Shown here: positions 24,876 to 35,551 of the stretch, one piece after another
Layout of the letters: every line of letters starts with the position of its first letter
Position numbering within the stretch: the first letter of the stretch is position 1
Source of the DNA: Sphaerodactylus townsendi
Lineage: Eukaryota
Reading direction: 5' to 3'
Assembly (NCBI RefSeq): GCF_021028975.2
Contig: NC_059439.1
Location: forward strand, 22,568,001-22,632,000
DNA: 64,000 bases
Program-made: the position numbers and the translations under genes
Notes under the pieces: generated by a model
What the model was told of the DNA's origin: nothing
Database searches by the model: none
Seen by the model: only the letters and a program-made list of their open reading frames with translations

Positions 24876-25975
24876 TGTAACAGCACACATATGTTTTTTT
24901 AAAAGTAGCAAAGGGGAATGAACACTCACGTTGGCAGCAAGAGGGGCCAAGAGGAGATCTTTTAAACTGTATAATACGGGGAAGGAATTCTGGCAATGAA
25001 TATTCCACAGAGTAATGCAAGAGTCCAAATTGAGTTTAAATGTTTTATATAAATTTGGTTCAAAAATGCATACACACAGTAAGACACAAAAGCACATACA
25101 TTCAAGTTTCCTAGGATATAAGCAGGTTTGAAAGATAGATTGGATGATAGAGAAGGAGGGGGGTTTTCAGGGTAATACGTTACCTAACGATTCTTAGAAG
25201 GGTAGAAGTAGAAGGCAGGGATTCCATGCCAGCACAGAAAACCAATGAAGGACGAATTCATGTGTCTCAACATACCAACAAGAACATGTACAGGGCAAAT
25301 GAGCAAAACTGTTGCAGGTGAACTAAACTTTTATAAGGTGGGTCATTCCTTGGTGGGAAAGGAACCAATCACACTAAGTTTCACATCTGTGCTGGGTTTG
25401 GGGGTGCTGAGGTAAATAGTCAGCTCATCTACTGCTAAACCTGGGACAATGGGGCCAAAATTGCTTTGTTAAGCTAAATCCCAGGAAACAGCTGACTGAA
25501 GGCTTCCATGCAGATTAAACTCTTGAGAGCTCTCACTGCCCAGGATATTCAGATTTTACTGCAGAGAACATTTAGATCAGGATAAAAGGTGAGTGGTTTT
25601 AGGAGAGTCATGCAGACAAAGTGTGGAAGGAAATGCAAAAGGAACAACTATTTGTTAGCTGAATCTGGGTTCCCCAGAAGAGATAGGGGAAATGACAGTA
25701 TCTGCTAGCAAGTTTGCTTTCCATATTCTTTGTCTTTAACATTATCTTTCGCAAGGTGAGGAGTAATCAAGCTCATGCCCACAAAACAAAATGAGACCTC
25801 CCAGGTTATGCAGGAGTAACTCATCCTCTTGATTAGATTTTGTAAAGCAGACCTGTGACCTTTGGACATGCTGCTACCTGCATAGAGAAGTGTATGACAA
25901 CTGGCTTCTGCCAATATGATTTTTGAAGCAGAAATATATATAAATAATATTCTGGGGGTCCTTTGGGTTGTTACA
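24876..25975 (-). mobile_element. LTR with adjacent degenerate primer-binding site
   Basis: Inverted termini TGTAACAGC / GTTGTTACA; TATA-like cttataaaag at ~25335 (minus). Followed on the minus strand by TAGCAGCTGGTGGAGAT, resembling a tRNA-Leu PBS (TGGCAGCGGTGGGAT). Confidence 0.45.
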
Positions 25976-26346
25976 AGTGGGAGGAAAATAGTGGTGGTGC
26001 TTTATGGTTAGTCTCTAAGTTAATCATAGAGTAGAATAAAAAAAATCAGACTGTTGCCCATGCTACACAAAATTAACAGTTGGTCATATGGAGTTTTACA
26101 GGAAGGATGATGTTGGTTTAGCAGTAGGTCTGTCATCATTGTGTATCCCATGCCAGCAGACACACTCTTTTCCAGCTTTTCCATGAATGCAGGCAGAAGG
26201 AGACAATCATTGTTGGCCATCAAATTGCCATGGGGGTTCATGGGACCTGCTAAAATAAAACTCACGTGTGATGGAGAATGTAATAAGAGAAACTGGGAAG
26301 ATTTAGCACACACAAAAAAAAGCTGGCTGGAGCAAACCCATCGTTT

Positions 26347-27279
26347 TTATTCTTTGATTACAAAAGTAATCATTTTTCTAATCATTTTTTTAATAGTATC
26401 TTTCATTTCTCTGTTTCGCAGAGTAAAGATCATCGGATTTAACATTGGAGTGATAAGAGTATAAAAGACAGAGGCAATCTTGTCTGCTGGAAACACCTGG
26501 AAAGGACGATCATAAATGAACATTCCTGGGACAAAATTGAAGCTCATGACTATGATTTGTGCAGCACAGGTCGACAGGGCTTTGTGTTTCCCATCTGTGA
26601 CATGTGTTCGGATCTTCACCAAAATGACAGTGTACGATGCAAGTAAGATACAGAAGATTAGTGTGAGAAGCAATCCACTGTTTGAAACCATCAGCAGCTC
26701 TGTGACGTAAGTGTCTGTGCATGCCAGTTTGATGAGTTGAGGGACATCACAGTAGAAATTGTCCAGTATATTGGGCTCACAGAAAGGCAGCTGAAGTATC
26801 AGTGCTACCTGGACAATAGAGTGGGCAAAGCCACCCAGCCAAGCACCTGCAACCAACCCAATGCAAACACCTTGATGCATAATGAGTACGTATTGCAGTG
26901 GTTTGTAGATTGCTATGTATCTGTCAACAGCCATTATTACGAGGAAGAAAACCACTGCGCCTCCAGTAAAGTGGAAGAAGAAAATCTGGGCTGTACACCA
27001 ATGATAGGAGATTGAATTTGTATGGGAGATGAGACCCCACAGCATTTTGACTGTAGTCACTGTAGAGTCACTGATGTCCATGACAGCAAGGTTGGCCAAA
27101 AAGAAGTACATGGGTGTGTGGAACTGAGGCATTACAATCACAATGACAATAATTGTCAAATTCCCCAACCAGGTTGTGATGTAAATGGTGAGAAAAATGA
27201 AGAAAAGGATGGTCTGCACCCTTGGACTCTCAGAGAAGCCCAAGAGAACAAATTCGGTTACTGTTGCATTTGTCACCAT
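26347..27279 (-). CDS. Olfactory receptor, family 4-like, intact (310 aa from MVTNAT)
   Basis: FHTPMYFFLANL, MAVDRYIAIYKPLQY, LDNFYCDVPQLIKLAC, KALSTCAAQ, PMLNPMIFTLRN. The ATG at 27279 aligns with the paralog start at 13880. Confidence 0.95.
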   Translation of the reverse strand: MVTNATVTEFVLLGFSESPRVQTILFFIFLTIYITTWLGNLTIIVIVIVMPQFHTPMYFFLANLAVMDISDSTVTTVKMLWGLISHTNSISYHWCTAQIFFFHFTGGAVVFFLVIMAVDRYIAIYKPLQYVLIMHQGVCIGLVAGAWLGGFAHSIVQVALILQLPFCEPNILDNFYCDVPQLIKLACTDTYVTELLMVSNSGLLLTLIFCILLASYTVILVKIRTHVTDGKHKALSTCAAQIIVMSFNFVPGMFIYDRPFQVFPADKIASVFYTLITPMLNPMIFTLRNREMKDTIKKMIRKMITFVIKE

Positions 27280-27724
27280 TTTTCCCCTTCGGAGAAAAAA
27301 TATTTGAAAGGGAGGATTTTGTTTCTGTATATTACTCAATTTGATTCAATGTTCTCCAGTTTCCATTATTTCAATATTTTGTATTGTATGGGAATTGCAT
27401 TTCTTCCATTGATCTCCAAGATAACTTGTCATAAGTAGACATAACACAGTGTTTGGAGCCAGAAATTGCACCTGAAACAAATTTTAAAAATAAAGCAAAA
27501 TTAGTGGATTCAAAATCATAAATAATGCTGTGGTGCTGTGTCGAGTGAGGCTCCTGGTCACTCTAACATGAAATGGATTCAAAGCAAAATAGGTTGCTAT
27601 CTTAAGTACACTGCTTTCCTTGTGGTAAGCCTCATGAAATAAATTAAGATTTACTTATTATTAGACCAGCTTAAGATTGCTCTTTGAATTGTATAATATA
27701 CAACAGTCATCTCTCATCTCAATA

Positions 27725-27905
27725 TATTTTTGTTCTTATTTTGTTTATTCGTTGGGCTTCTATACCGCCCCATCCCCAAAGGGCTCTGGGCGGTGTACAA
27801 CAAATAATCACATATAAAATAAAACAACTAAAACCTTTAAAAGCAGCGATAAAATGAGCACTATAGTAACTAGAATGACTAAAAGTGGCGTCCAGCTACC
27901 CCATC
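27725..27905 (-). mobile_element. L2 3' end, same family as the insertion at 20962-21312
   Basis: tataccgccccatccccaaagggctctgggcggtgtacaaca near-identical to 21002-21043. Confidence 0.75.
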
Positions 27906-27919
27906 TCTAGAGAATCATA

Positions 27920-29472
27920 TTGGTCGGCCCTGTTTCGGCCTGGTTGACCCTGTTTCAGCCTATTGGTCAGCCCTGTTTCAGCCCTATTTCAGCCTATTGG
28001 TCGAGCCCTATTTCAGCCCTGTTTCAGCCCTGTTTCAGCCTATTGGTCGGCCCTGTTTCAGCCCTGTTTCCGGCCCTATTGGGTCAATCCTGTTTCAGCC
28101 TAATTTCAGCTATTTCAGCCCTGTTTGGATTCGGCCTATTTTCAGCCTGATGGTCAGCCCTGTTTCAGCCCTATTTCAGCCTGATGAGGGTCAGCCCTGT
28201 TTCAGCCCTATTTCGGCCTATTGATTAGCCTGTTTCAGCCTATTTCAACCCACAATGGTCAGCCTATTTCCGAAGCCTGTTTCAGCTGTTTCAGCCCTAT
28301 TTGGTCCAGCCTGTTCAGCCAGTAGGTCAGCCTATTTCAGCCTATTTCAGCCCTGTTCGGCCTATTGGTCAGCCTCAATTTCAGCCCTGTTGGTCAGCCC
28401 TGTTTCAGCTGTGGTCAGCCGTATTTCAGCCCTATTTCAGCCTATTGAGATTCGGCCCTGTTTCCAGCCCTATTTCAGCCTAATGAGGGTCGAAGCCCTA
28501 TTTCAGCCCTATTTCAGCCTGTTGAGATGGCTATTTCCAGCCTATTTGAGGTCGAGCCTATTTCAGCCTAATGGTCAGCCTATTTCAACCCTATTTCAAC
28601 CCTATTTCAACCCTATTTGGTCAACCCTATTTCAACCTAATGGTCAACCCTATTTCAACCCTATTTCAACCTAATGGTCAACCCTATTTCAACCCTATTT
28701 CAACCCTATTTCAACCTAATGGTCAACCCTATTTCAACCCTATTTCAACCTAATGGTCAATCCTATTTCAACCCTATTTCAACCCTATTTCAGGTCAGCC
28801 CTATTTCAGCCAATGGTCAGCCATTATTTCAGGCTATTTCAGCCTGGTGGTTAGGCCCTATTTCAACCCTATTTCAACCTAATGGTCAACCCTATTTCAA
28901 CCCTATTTCAACCTAATGGTCAACCCTATTTCAACCCTATTTCAACCTAATGGTCAACCCTATTTCAACCCTATTTCAACCTAATGGTCAACCCTATTTC
29001 AACCCTATTTCAACCCTATTTCAACCTAATGGTCAACCCTATTTCAACCCTATTTGGTCAACCCTATTTCAACCTAATGGTCAACCGTATTTCAACCCTA
29101 TTTCAACCTAATGGTCAACCCTATTTCAACCCTATTTCAACCTAATGGTCAACCCTATTTCAACCCTATTTCAACCTAATGGTCAACCCTATTTCAACCC
29201 TATTTCAACCCTATTTCAACCCTATTTGGTCAACCCTATTTCAACCTAATGGTCAACCCTATTTCAACCCTATTTCAACCTAATGGTCAACCCTATTTCA
29301 ACCCTATTTCAACCCTATTTCAACCCCATTTGGTCAACCCTATTTCAACCTAATGGTCAACCCTATTTCAACCCTATTTCAACCTAATGGTCAACCCTAT
29401 TTCAACCCTATTTCAACCCTATTTGGTCAACCCTATTTCAACCTAATGGTCAACCCTATTTCAACCCTATTT
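27920..29472. repeat. Minisatellite of 11/12/14-bp units (tcaaccctatt, tcaacctaatgg, tcaaccctatttgg)
   Basis: Directly visible; the left ~650 bp uses degenerate tcagccctgtt / tcagcctattgg variants. Confidence 0.95.
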
Positions 29473-29750
29473 TATCACAGTCATGCCAACCCTCTGTTGG
29501 CATCACAGCCATGCCACATACCTGTTGAGTACTGCAATCCTATGCTTATGAGGAATATGGGCATATTGTCATCTTCATTTCTAGTTGTTTTCATTTCTTG
29601 GAGATGTGAGCTTTTTAGTTAATGCCTAGTGCACTATTTCTGTGTCGTTCAGCATTTCTGTGTCATTCAGCATTTACATACTATAATCAGAATCACTTAA
29701 TCAGGATAATTGAATAGAAAAGAATGCAGATTTGAACACTGTCATGTTTG

Positions 29751-30044
29751 GTTCTGGAGGGTTTTCCGGGCTGTGCGGCCGTGGTCTGGTGGATTTTGTT
29801 CCTAACATTTTGCCTGCATCTGTGGCTGGCATCTTCAGAGGTGTATAGCAGAGAAAAGTCTGTTTCTGACAAACTTTTCTCTGTTTTACAGAGAAAAGAA
29901 ACAGACTTTTCTCTGTGATACACCTCTGAAGATGCCACTTCCACAAATACAGCTGAAACGTCAAGGAACAAAATCCTGAATACGACTTTCATAGCCTAAA
30001 CCCTCCAGAACCAGTTGAATCCGGCTGTGAAAGCCTTCAGCAAT
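29751..30044 (+). mobile_element. Penelope-derived inverted-repeat element with hammerhead-ribozyme-like motifs and 15-bp TSD
   Basis: Arms ~29751-29865 and ~29898-30011; terminus ccggctgtgaaagccttcagcaataca. TSD acactgtcatgtttg/acattgtcatgtttg; empty site at 14836-14850. Confidence 0.8.
29923..29966 (+). ncRNA. Minimal type I hammerhead ribozyme-like motif (probably decayed)
   Basis: cct-CTGAAGA-tgcc...agct-GAAA-cg-TC-aagg; core boxes intact, stem II mismatched. Confidence 0.5.
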
Positions 30045-30492
30045 ACATTGTCATGTTTGATAAGCACAAGAGTGAAACACTCTGAGGTAAGTTCTCATAG
30101 AACTGTGGTCTTCAGTGTCTTAAAGAACAGCTGTTAAAACCAAGCAAAATTGTTTAAATCTAGCAGAATTCTGATTCCATTGAATTCTTTCACTTCACAG
30201 CTTCTAATATTCTGCAGTTGCCCAATATACGATATGTTCAGCATACTACACAACTTTAAGCTTCCAAACCAAAGGTAGCCCATGTTTTGATAGTACAAGC
30301 GGTAACAATGTACAGTTATCAAGAACCAAATCCTTGTCTGAGAGAAGAAAGTTACAGCGAGCTTACAAATCTCTGTTGATGAAACTCACTGTCACCTTTT
30401 AAGACTTTAGAAGTAATTCTTACTGTGATTTTCCAGTATGTGATTTTTTTTTTCAATGCAAGATATTCAAAACATCCTGTAGATAAGTCTAA

Positions 30493-30633
30493 GGCCCCTT
30501 CCACACACGCAAAATAATGCATTTTCAAACCACTTTTGCAACTGTTTGCAAGTGGATTTTGCCATTCCGCACAGCTTCAAAGAGCACTGAAAGCAGTTTG
30601 AAAGTGCATTATTCTGCATGTGCGGAATGAGCC
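30493..30633 (-). mobile_element. PIF/Harbinger-like MITE
   Basis: TIRs plus TAA/TAA TSD; absent from the paralogous site near 15290. Confidence 0.85.
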
Positions 30634-31173
30634 TAAGCTTGTGCAACTAACTGAGCTTTGTGCAACGAACAATATAAGGTTATATTTTTACCAGTTTGGA
30701 AAGTTCAGCATCTAGGGAAAAAATGAATTCAAATGATGATTGTTTTTGTTTCAGAGACGGATTTAGGACTCTGTAGTATTAATTTCCTTATGAAGATTTG
30801 AATATGAATTAGGCGCACAATGGAGCAATTCCTGGATACTAACCTGAGTCCTTGTTTCCTACTGAAGGAACTGAATGATTCACAGTGATCCTTGCCTGGT
30901 TTTAAGTATTTATTTGCACAGGTGAGGCCAGTGCAATAATCAGGCAATCCACAATCCTTCCTTGTGTCATAGCTGAAATTGCCATGTCCCCTTATTCAGG
31001 GATGTAAAAAAAATACATCTTCAACCCTCAAGGGAAATCCAGAGACAAGTTGTAAGAATGGCATGTCATGATTTGAACTGTTACAGCTGTATTCTTCGTT
31101 GTCATACAACAATTCTGCCTTACTCTCACGCAGTGGAAGATAATCTAGATATTTCAATGATATGGGGATTAGC

Positions 31174-31198
31174 CCACAAGGGACACCATTAAAAAGTA
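31174..31198 (-). promoter_or_regulatory. Putative homeodomain + O/E composite site upstream of the OR4 at 27279
   Basis: Minus strand TACTTTTTAATGG-TG-TCCCTTGTGG. Confidence 0.5.
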
Positions 31199-32922
31199 TA
31201 TGCATAACTGCAGTCTTGTTTTTTTCTAATAGGCTGTTTGTGTATCCTTAAAGGTCAAGATAGTCCCCTGAGCAATCAGCAGATCATTACGGACCCATGG
31301 AGTGACACCACATCACTACATTTACTTGGTAGCTCTGATCAATTCTGATTAGCTCTAGACTATTGTGCAATGATACTCCTTTGGCTTGCTTGATTTCAAG
31401 GGGCAAGGGTAAGGCCATGGCCCAGTGGCAGAGCTTTCCATGTAGAACATCCCTGGTTCAATGCCGAGCATCTCCATTTACAAAGATCAGACATGAGAGG
31501 ATATGGAGGACCTCCATCTGAGGGTCTAGAGAAACACTGCCAGTCAAAGAAAAGAATAATGACCCAGATAGAACAACGGTCTTACATAGTAAAGGGTAGC
31601 TTCACATGTTCAGTTATGGTTATACCTAAGGATCTGCTCCCTATCAACAAATAATTTGCACTTTTCCAGATCTGATACACTCACCAACCAGATGTAAAAT
31701 GTGCTGAGTCAATGCTTTTATACCTAACACAAGCAGTTTTGCAGTTGCAAATATATGTTATTAAGAATGTGGTGATGAAAACACTATTTCAGAAAAAAAG
31801 ATCAGTCTCCCAATTATTTTTAGCCATTTTAGTTAAATGTAACAGCAAAATTTAGGGGCATTCAAGATTTGTAACATGCCGAAACCTTTGGATGCTTAAA
31901 TCCAGAGGTTGGAGCCAGGAACAGAAAAAGCAGATTTTTTTACAAGCCTGATAAAAACCCTAGGTTGGGAGAGAAATCTGAATTCTTAAAAAGGGTGGGA
32001 AGGAGAGAAGAAGAGAGGCTTTGGGGGCTTTCAGGGAAGGGAAAGAGGAAATATTGGGGGGGGGGATTAAGATGCTTCCTTCATGTCCTTGTGCCCCCAT
32101 TATTTATATCAACTGCTTAAGAAACAAGACACTGCCACTAGCCAATTACTAAATAATACCAGAATGTTTGAAATATGGGGGGGGGGGGGAATTCTGACAA
32201 TTATCCATGTAACTGTGGGAAACAGTGACATATATCAACAGAATACTGCCTAGTGTATTGAATGTTGTAAGCTTCTCAGAGCCCATTGTGAATTGGCAGC
32301 CTAAAAAATCTAACAAATAATAATAATAACAATAAAATGTGGGGCCTAGAAATTCAAGGAGAAACAATCATAATTATGAGCTGATGACATGGCCTGAAGA
32401 AGAAATAGTTTCGTTTCCCCCCCAATTCATTTTAGGTTTAATGGGAGAAATGTTTCTCTCACACATTGTTGTTTTCTTCTTTGTGATTGATTTTCATTTC
32501 TACTGGGTTCAGTAACCTATTTCAGATGAGGTTCCTCCCTTGTCCATCAAACTGGGATGAGATTCTCCCAGATTATGTCTCCTGCTGTCCAAAGGCACCC
32601 CTTGACTAAGCAAAACTGCTGAGTTAATTGACATAATGAGATTGAAATTACAGATCATTCTCCAGGTGGCCACTGTGGTACACTAGTTTTGAAACTACTG
32701 ACAGACACAATCTATTAAAGGTGTGATAGTAATACATGTATTTCACTTCATTTCAAGCTAGAAGCTGACTTTGGGCATATGAAGTGAGAACCCCTTTGGG
32801 CATGTAAAGTGAGAGCCACCCCACCATTGCTCACATAGTGGAACATAGGGTTGTTCCTAACCAGCTTTTTTTGCTCTATCTCATCTAATTCTCCATTCTG
32901 TAACCCCCAACCCAATGACTAA

Positions 32923-33421
32923 GGCCATTTCTGCATGGCCACGATGAGGGTTGGGTCGGCATACATAACACCGACCCAACCCCCCCAGGACCGTTCACAT
33001 GAATGGTCCCGGTTGTGATGGGGAGGACAGTGCAGCATCAGTACAGGCTGCACTGTCCCCCAATGCCTCACTGTGTCCTCCGGCCTCCGGCGCATTGCAG
33101 CTCGGAAGTCGCAGGGCAGGGGGGCATGTCCCCTGGCCTGTGCGACGTGCCGGAGGCTGGAGGACATGGTGAGGTGTTTGGGAAAGGGGAGGGGGAATGG
33201 TGCCTTCCAGCTGCTGCCGTTTGCACGGCAGCGGCTGGAAGCCCCTTTTCCCCAAAAACCTCGCTGGGGAAGCGAGGTCGGGAAACAGCGGCTTTGCGCC
33301 ACTCGGGAGGCACGAGGGCGGCATGGCTGCGATGCAGCTGCGCCCCCCATGCGAACAGCTCCCTGGGGACGGCGTTTTTGCCATCCTCAGGGCGCTGTTT
33401 ATGGCCTGTGTGGAAAGGGCC
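32923..33421. mobile_element. GC/CpG-rich Harbinger-like non-autonomous element (~500 bp)
   Basis: Imperfect TIRs GGCCATTTCTGCA / TGTGGAAAGGGCC, flanks taa/tta; related to 51283-51829. Confidence 0.7.
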
Positions 33422-33958
33422 TTAGATTCAATGATGTCCAACATAGAATTTGTAGTTGTCAAATGGGACCTCTCTGTCTTTTTTTTTCAGCAGAAAGACT
33501 GATTGGATACAACTCAGAGTCATTTGATCCAACAAACAGTGAAGCAATTTGATTTGACCCATCATGATTACTGTGCTTAATTCATTAAAATGGAATCCAA
33601 CATTTAATAATAAAAAATATTAATTGAAACAAAGCCAAGATGAAAGGAGGGAAGACACAAAGACACAACACTTTTAGAATCTTTTTAATGAAATTATAAA
33701 AATTTGGGCTACATTACAAAATTGGTATGTAATTAGTTGCTTTAAAAATGTTGAACATGCTCCTGTTTAGCTACTAAGCATGCAGTCCTGCTAAACTCAA
33801 ATATTTGTAAGTGGCATTAAAGCATGGGATTTATGTTACATTTGTAACCTTTTTTTACATTTTTATCCCACTATGTTTGTTACATTTTATCCAACTATGA
33901 CTTCAAGAATTGGTATATTTGGGATTGGATGCAGTCAACTCTTTTTTTCTCAATCAGA

Positions 33959-34099
33959 GACCCCTTCCGCACACACAAAATAATGCATTTTCAAACCATT
34001 TTCACAACTGTTTGCAAGTGGATTTTGCTATTCCGCACAGCTTCAAAGGGCACTGAAAGCAGTTTGAAAGTGCATTATTCCGCATGTGCGGAATGAGCC
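33959..34099 (-). mobile_element. PIF/Harbinger-like MITE
   Basis: Near-identical to 30493-30633. Confidence 0.85.
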
Positions 34100-34464
34100 T
34101 AATATTCCTTCTTATTACAGTTCTGTCCTACGTGATTTGTTTTTGCAAGTCCCATTATCCCCGGTATAGTCATTTTGGTGATCAACGAGTTATCACCTGT
34201 TCCTTTCTTATCTTCAGAAGAGCTTGTCATATCCACTCTATGGTTTCTACCAAAAAACAATCCACCCTCCTGATGCATGATACAAACACATAATATGACA
34301 TTATGCAAAAGGTTACTCTTAATAATGCAAAACACATGGATGGTTTCCGAAAGAACTATAAGCATATCCTCAAGGAGAACTTTAATTTTATGTGTGTCAG
34401 TTCCTTTTGAAGTTGACCGAATTCACAACACACAATAACCATGGTTTTCTTGGTGATGTAGGAT

Positions 34465-34624
34465 GGCATAGTAGAGCATCAGATCTGTGAAACTAAGCAG
34501 AGTTGATACTTCAATCTACAAAGGGGTAGAAAAGTCAATGTCAAACCACCTCTGCTTGTAACTTGTCTTAAAAACCCTATGGGGTTGCCATAATTCAGCT
34601 GTGACTTGACACTTTACACATATG
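34465..34624 (+). mobile_element. Degenerate 5S-derived SINE overlapping the 3' end of an OR CDS
   Basis: atcagatctgtgaaactaagcag...aaaccacctctg...aaaccctatggggttgccataattcagctgtgacttgacactttacaca matches 255-1140 and 37165-37218. Confidence 0.7.
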
Positions 34625-35551
34625 TATGATCTTGTTGAGGATACTTCTCAAGGAATCTTTTACTTTCTCATTTCTGAGACCATATATGAAAGGATTGAGC
34701 ATGGGAGTCATCATTGTATTCATCACAGAGCCTACTTTGTTGAAATCCAGAACATTTCCTTTGGTAGGACGGACATAAATGAAGATACAGCTCCCATAAT
34801 ACAGTGTAACCACAGTCAAATGAGATATGCATGTTGAAAAGGCCTTCTTTTGGCCCTTTGCTGATGGTATCCTCAAGACAGCAATAATAATGTAGACATA
34901 GGACACAAATGTTATAAGAAGAGAGCCCAGTAGCAGTATGCAGGAGGTTCCAAAGTCAATCAATTCAGCCAGTGATGTGTCAGCACAGACAAGTTTAAGT
35001 AAAGGGGCACTGTCACAGAAGAAGTGATCAACTATGTTTGGGCCACAGAATGGCAAGCCAGCTGTCACAATGCTGGGAACTAAAATAATCAAGAAGCCAC
35101 CAATCCATGACCCCAAAAGAAGCTGGAAACAGACCTTGCCATTCATGATGGATGTATAACGTAGTGGGTAACATATTGCCAGGTAGCGGTCAACGGACAT
35201 AACAGCCAAGATGAAGAATTCAGTAGAGCCCATGAGGAAATAGAAGAATGACTGTGTAAGGCAGCCGACAAAAGAGATGATCTTCTTCCCTGTAATAATA
35301 TTTACTAGCATCTTAGGCACAACAGTAGAAGTGATCATGAGTTCCAAGAATGAGAGGTTACTCAAGAAAAAATACATGGGTGATTGGAGGTGGTGACTGA
35401 TTAGTACTAATGCAATTATCATTGCATTACCTACAACGGTCAATACATACACCAAGAAGAAGGCAACAAAAAGTAGAATTTCTAGTGAGTGAGTGCTCTG
35501 AAATCCCAGAAGGATGAATTCAGTCACAATTGTTTTATTACTTTCCTCCAT
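34595..35551 (-). CDS. Olfactory receptor, family 6-like, intact (likely start MEESNKT; in-frame ATGs extend to 35566)
   Basis: LQSPMYFFLSNLS, GSTEFFILAVMSVDRYLAICYPLRY, HFFCDSAPLL, KAFSTCISHL, PMLNPFIYGLRN. Confidence 0.95.
   Translation of the reverse strand: MEESNKTIVTEFILLGFQSTHSLEILLFVAFFLVYVLTVVGNAMIIALVLISHHLQSPMYFFLSNLSFLELMITSTVVPKMLVNIITGKKIISFVGCLTQSFFYFLMGSTEFFILAVMSVDRYLAICYPLRYTSIMNGKVCFQLLLGSWIGGFLIILVPSIVTAGLPFCGPNIVDHFFCDSAPLLKLVCADTSLAELIDFGTSCILLLGSLLITFVSYVYIIIAVLRIPSAKGQKKAFSTCISHLTVVTLYYGSCIFIYVRPTKGNVLDFNKVGSVMNTMMTPMLNPFIYGLRNEKVKDSLRSILNKIIHMCKVSSHS

Larger units (their letters stand above)
27210..31711. repeat. Segmental duplication, copy 2 (paralogous to 13811-16985)
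   Basis: Colinear matches as above; this copy carries extra L2, minisatellite, Penelope and MITE insertions. Confidence 0.9.

Noticed and set aside
27280-27339. 20-aa N-terminal extension of the OR4 ORF
   Set aside because: TTG start; the true ATG aligns with the paralog and an acceptor-like AG lies just upstream of it.
27920-29622. ORFs within the minisatellite, or a CRISPR-like array
   Set aside because: Simple tandem repeat without unique spacers, in a vertebrate genome.
32919-33552. Overlapping ORFs on both strands and a CpG-island-like promoter (also 51182-51943)
   Set aside because: Explained by GC-rich TIR elements, where stop codons are scarce.
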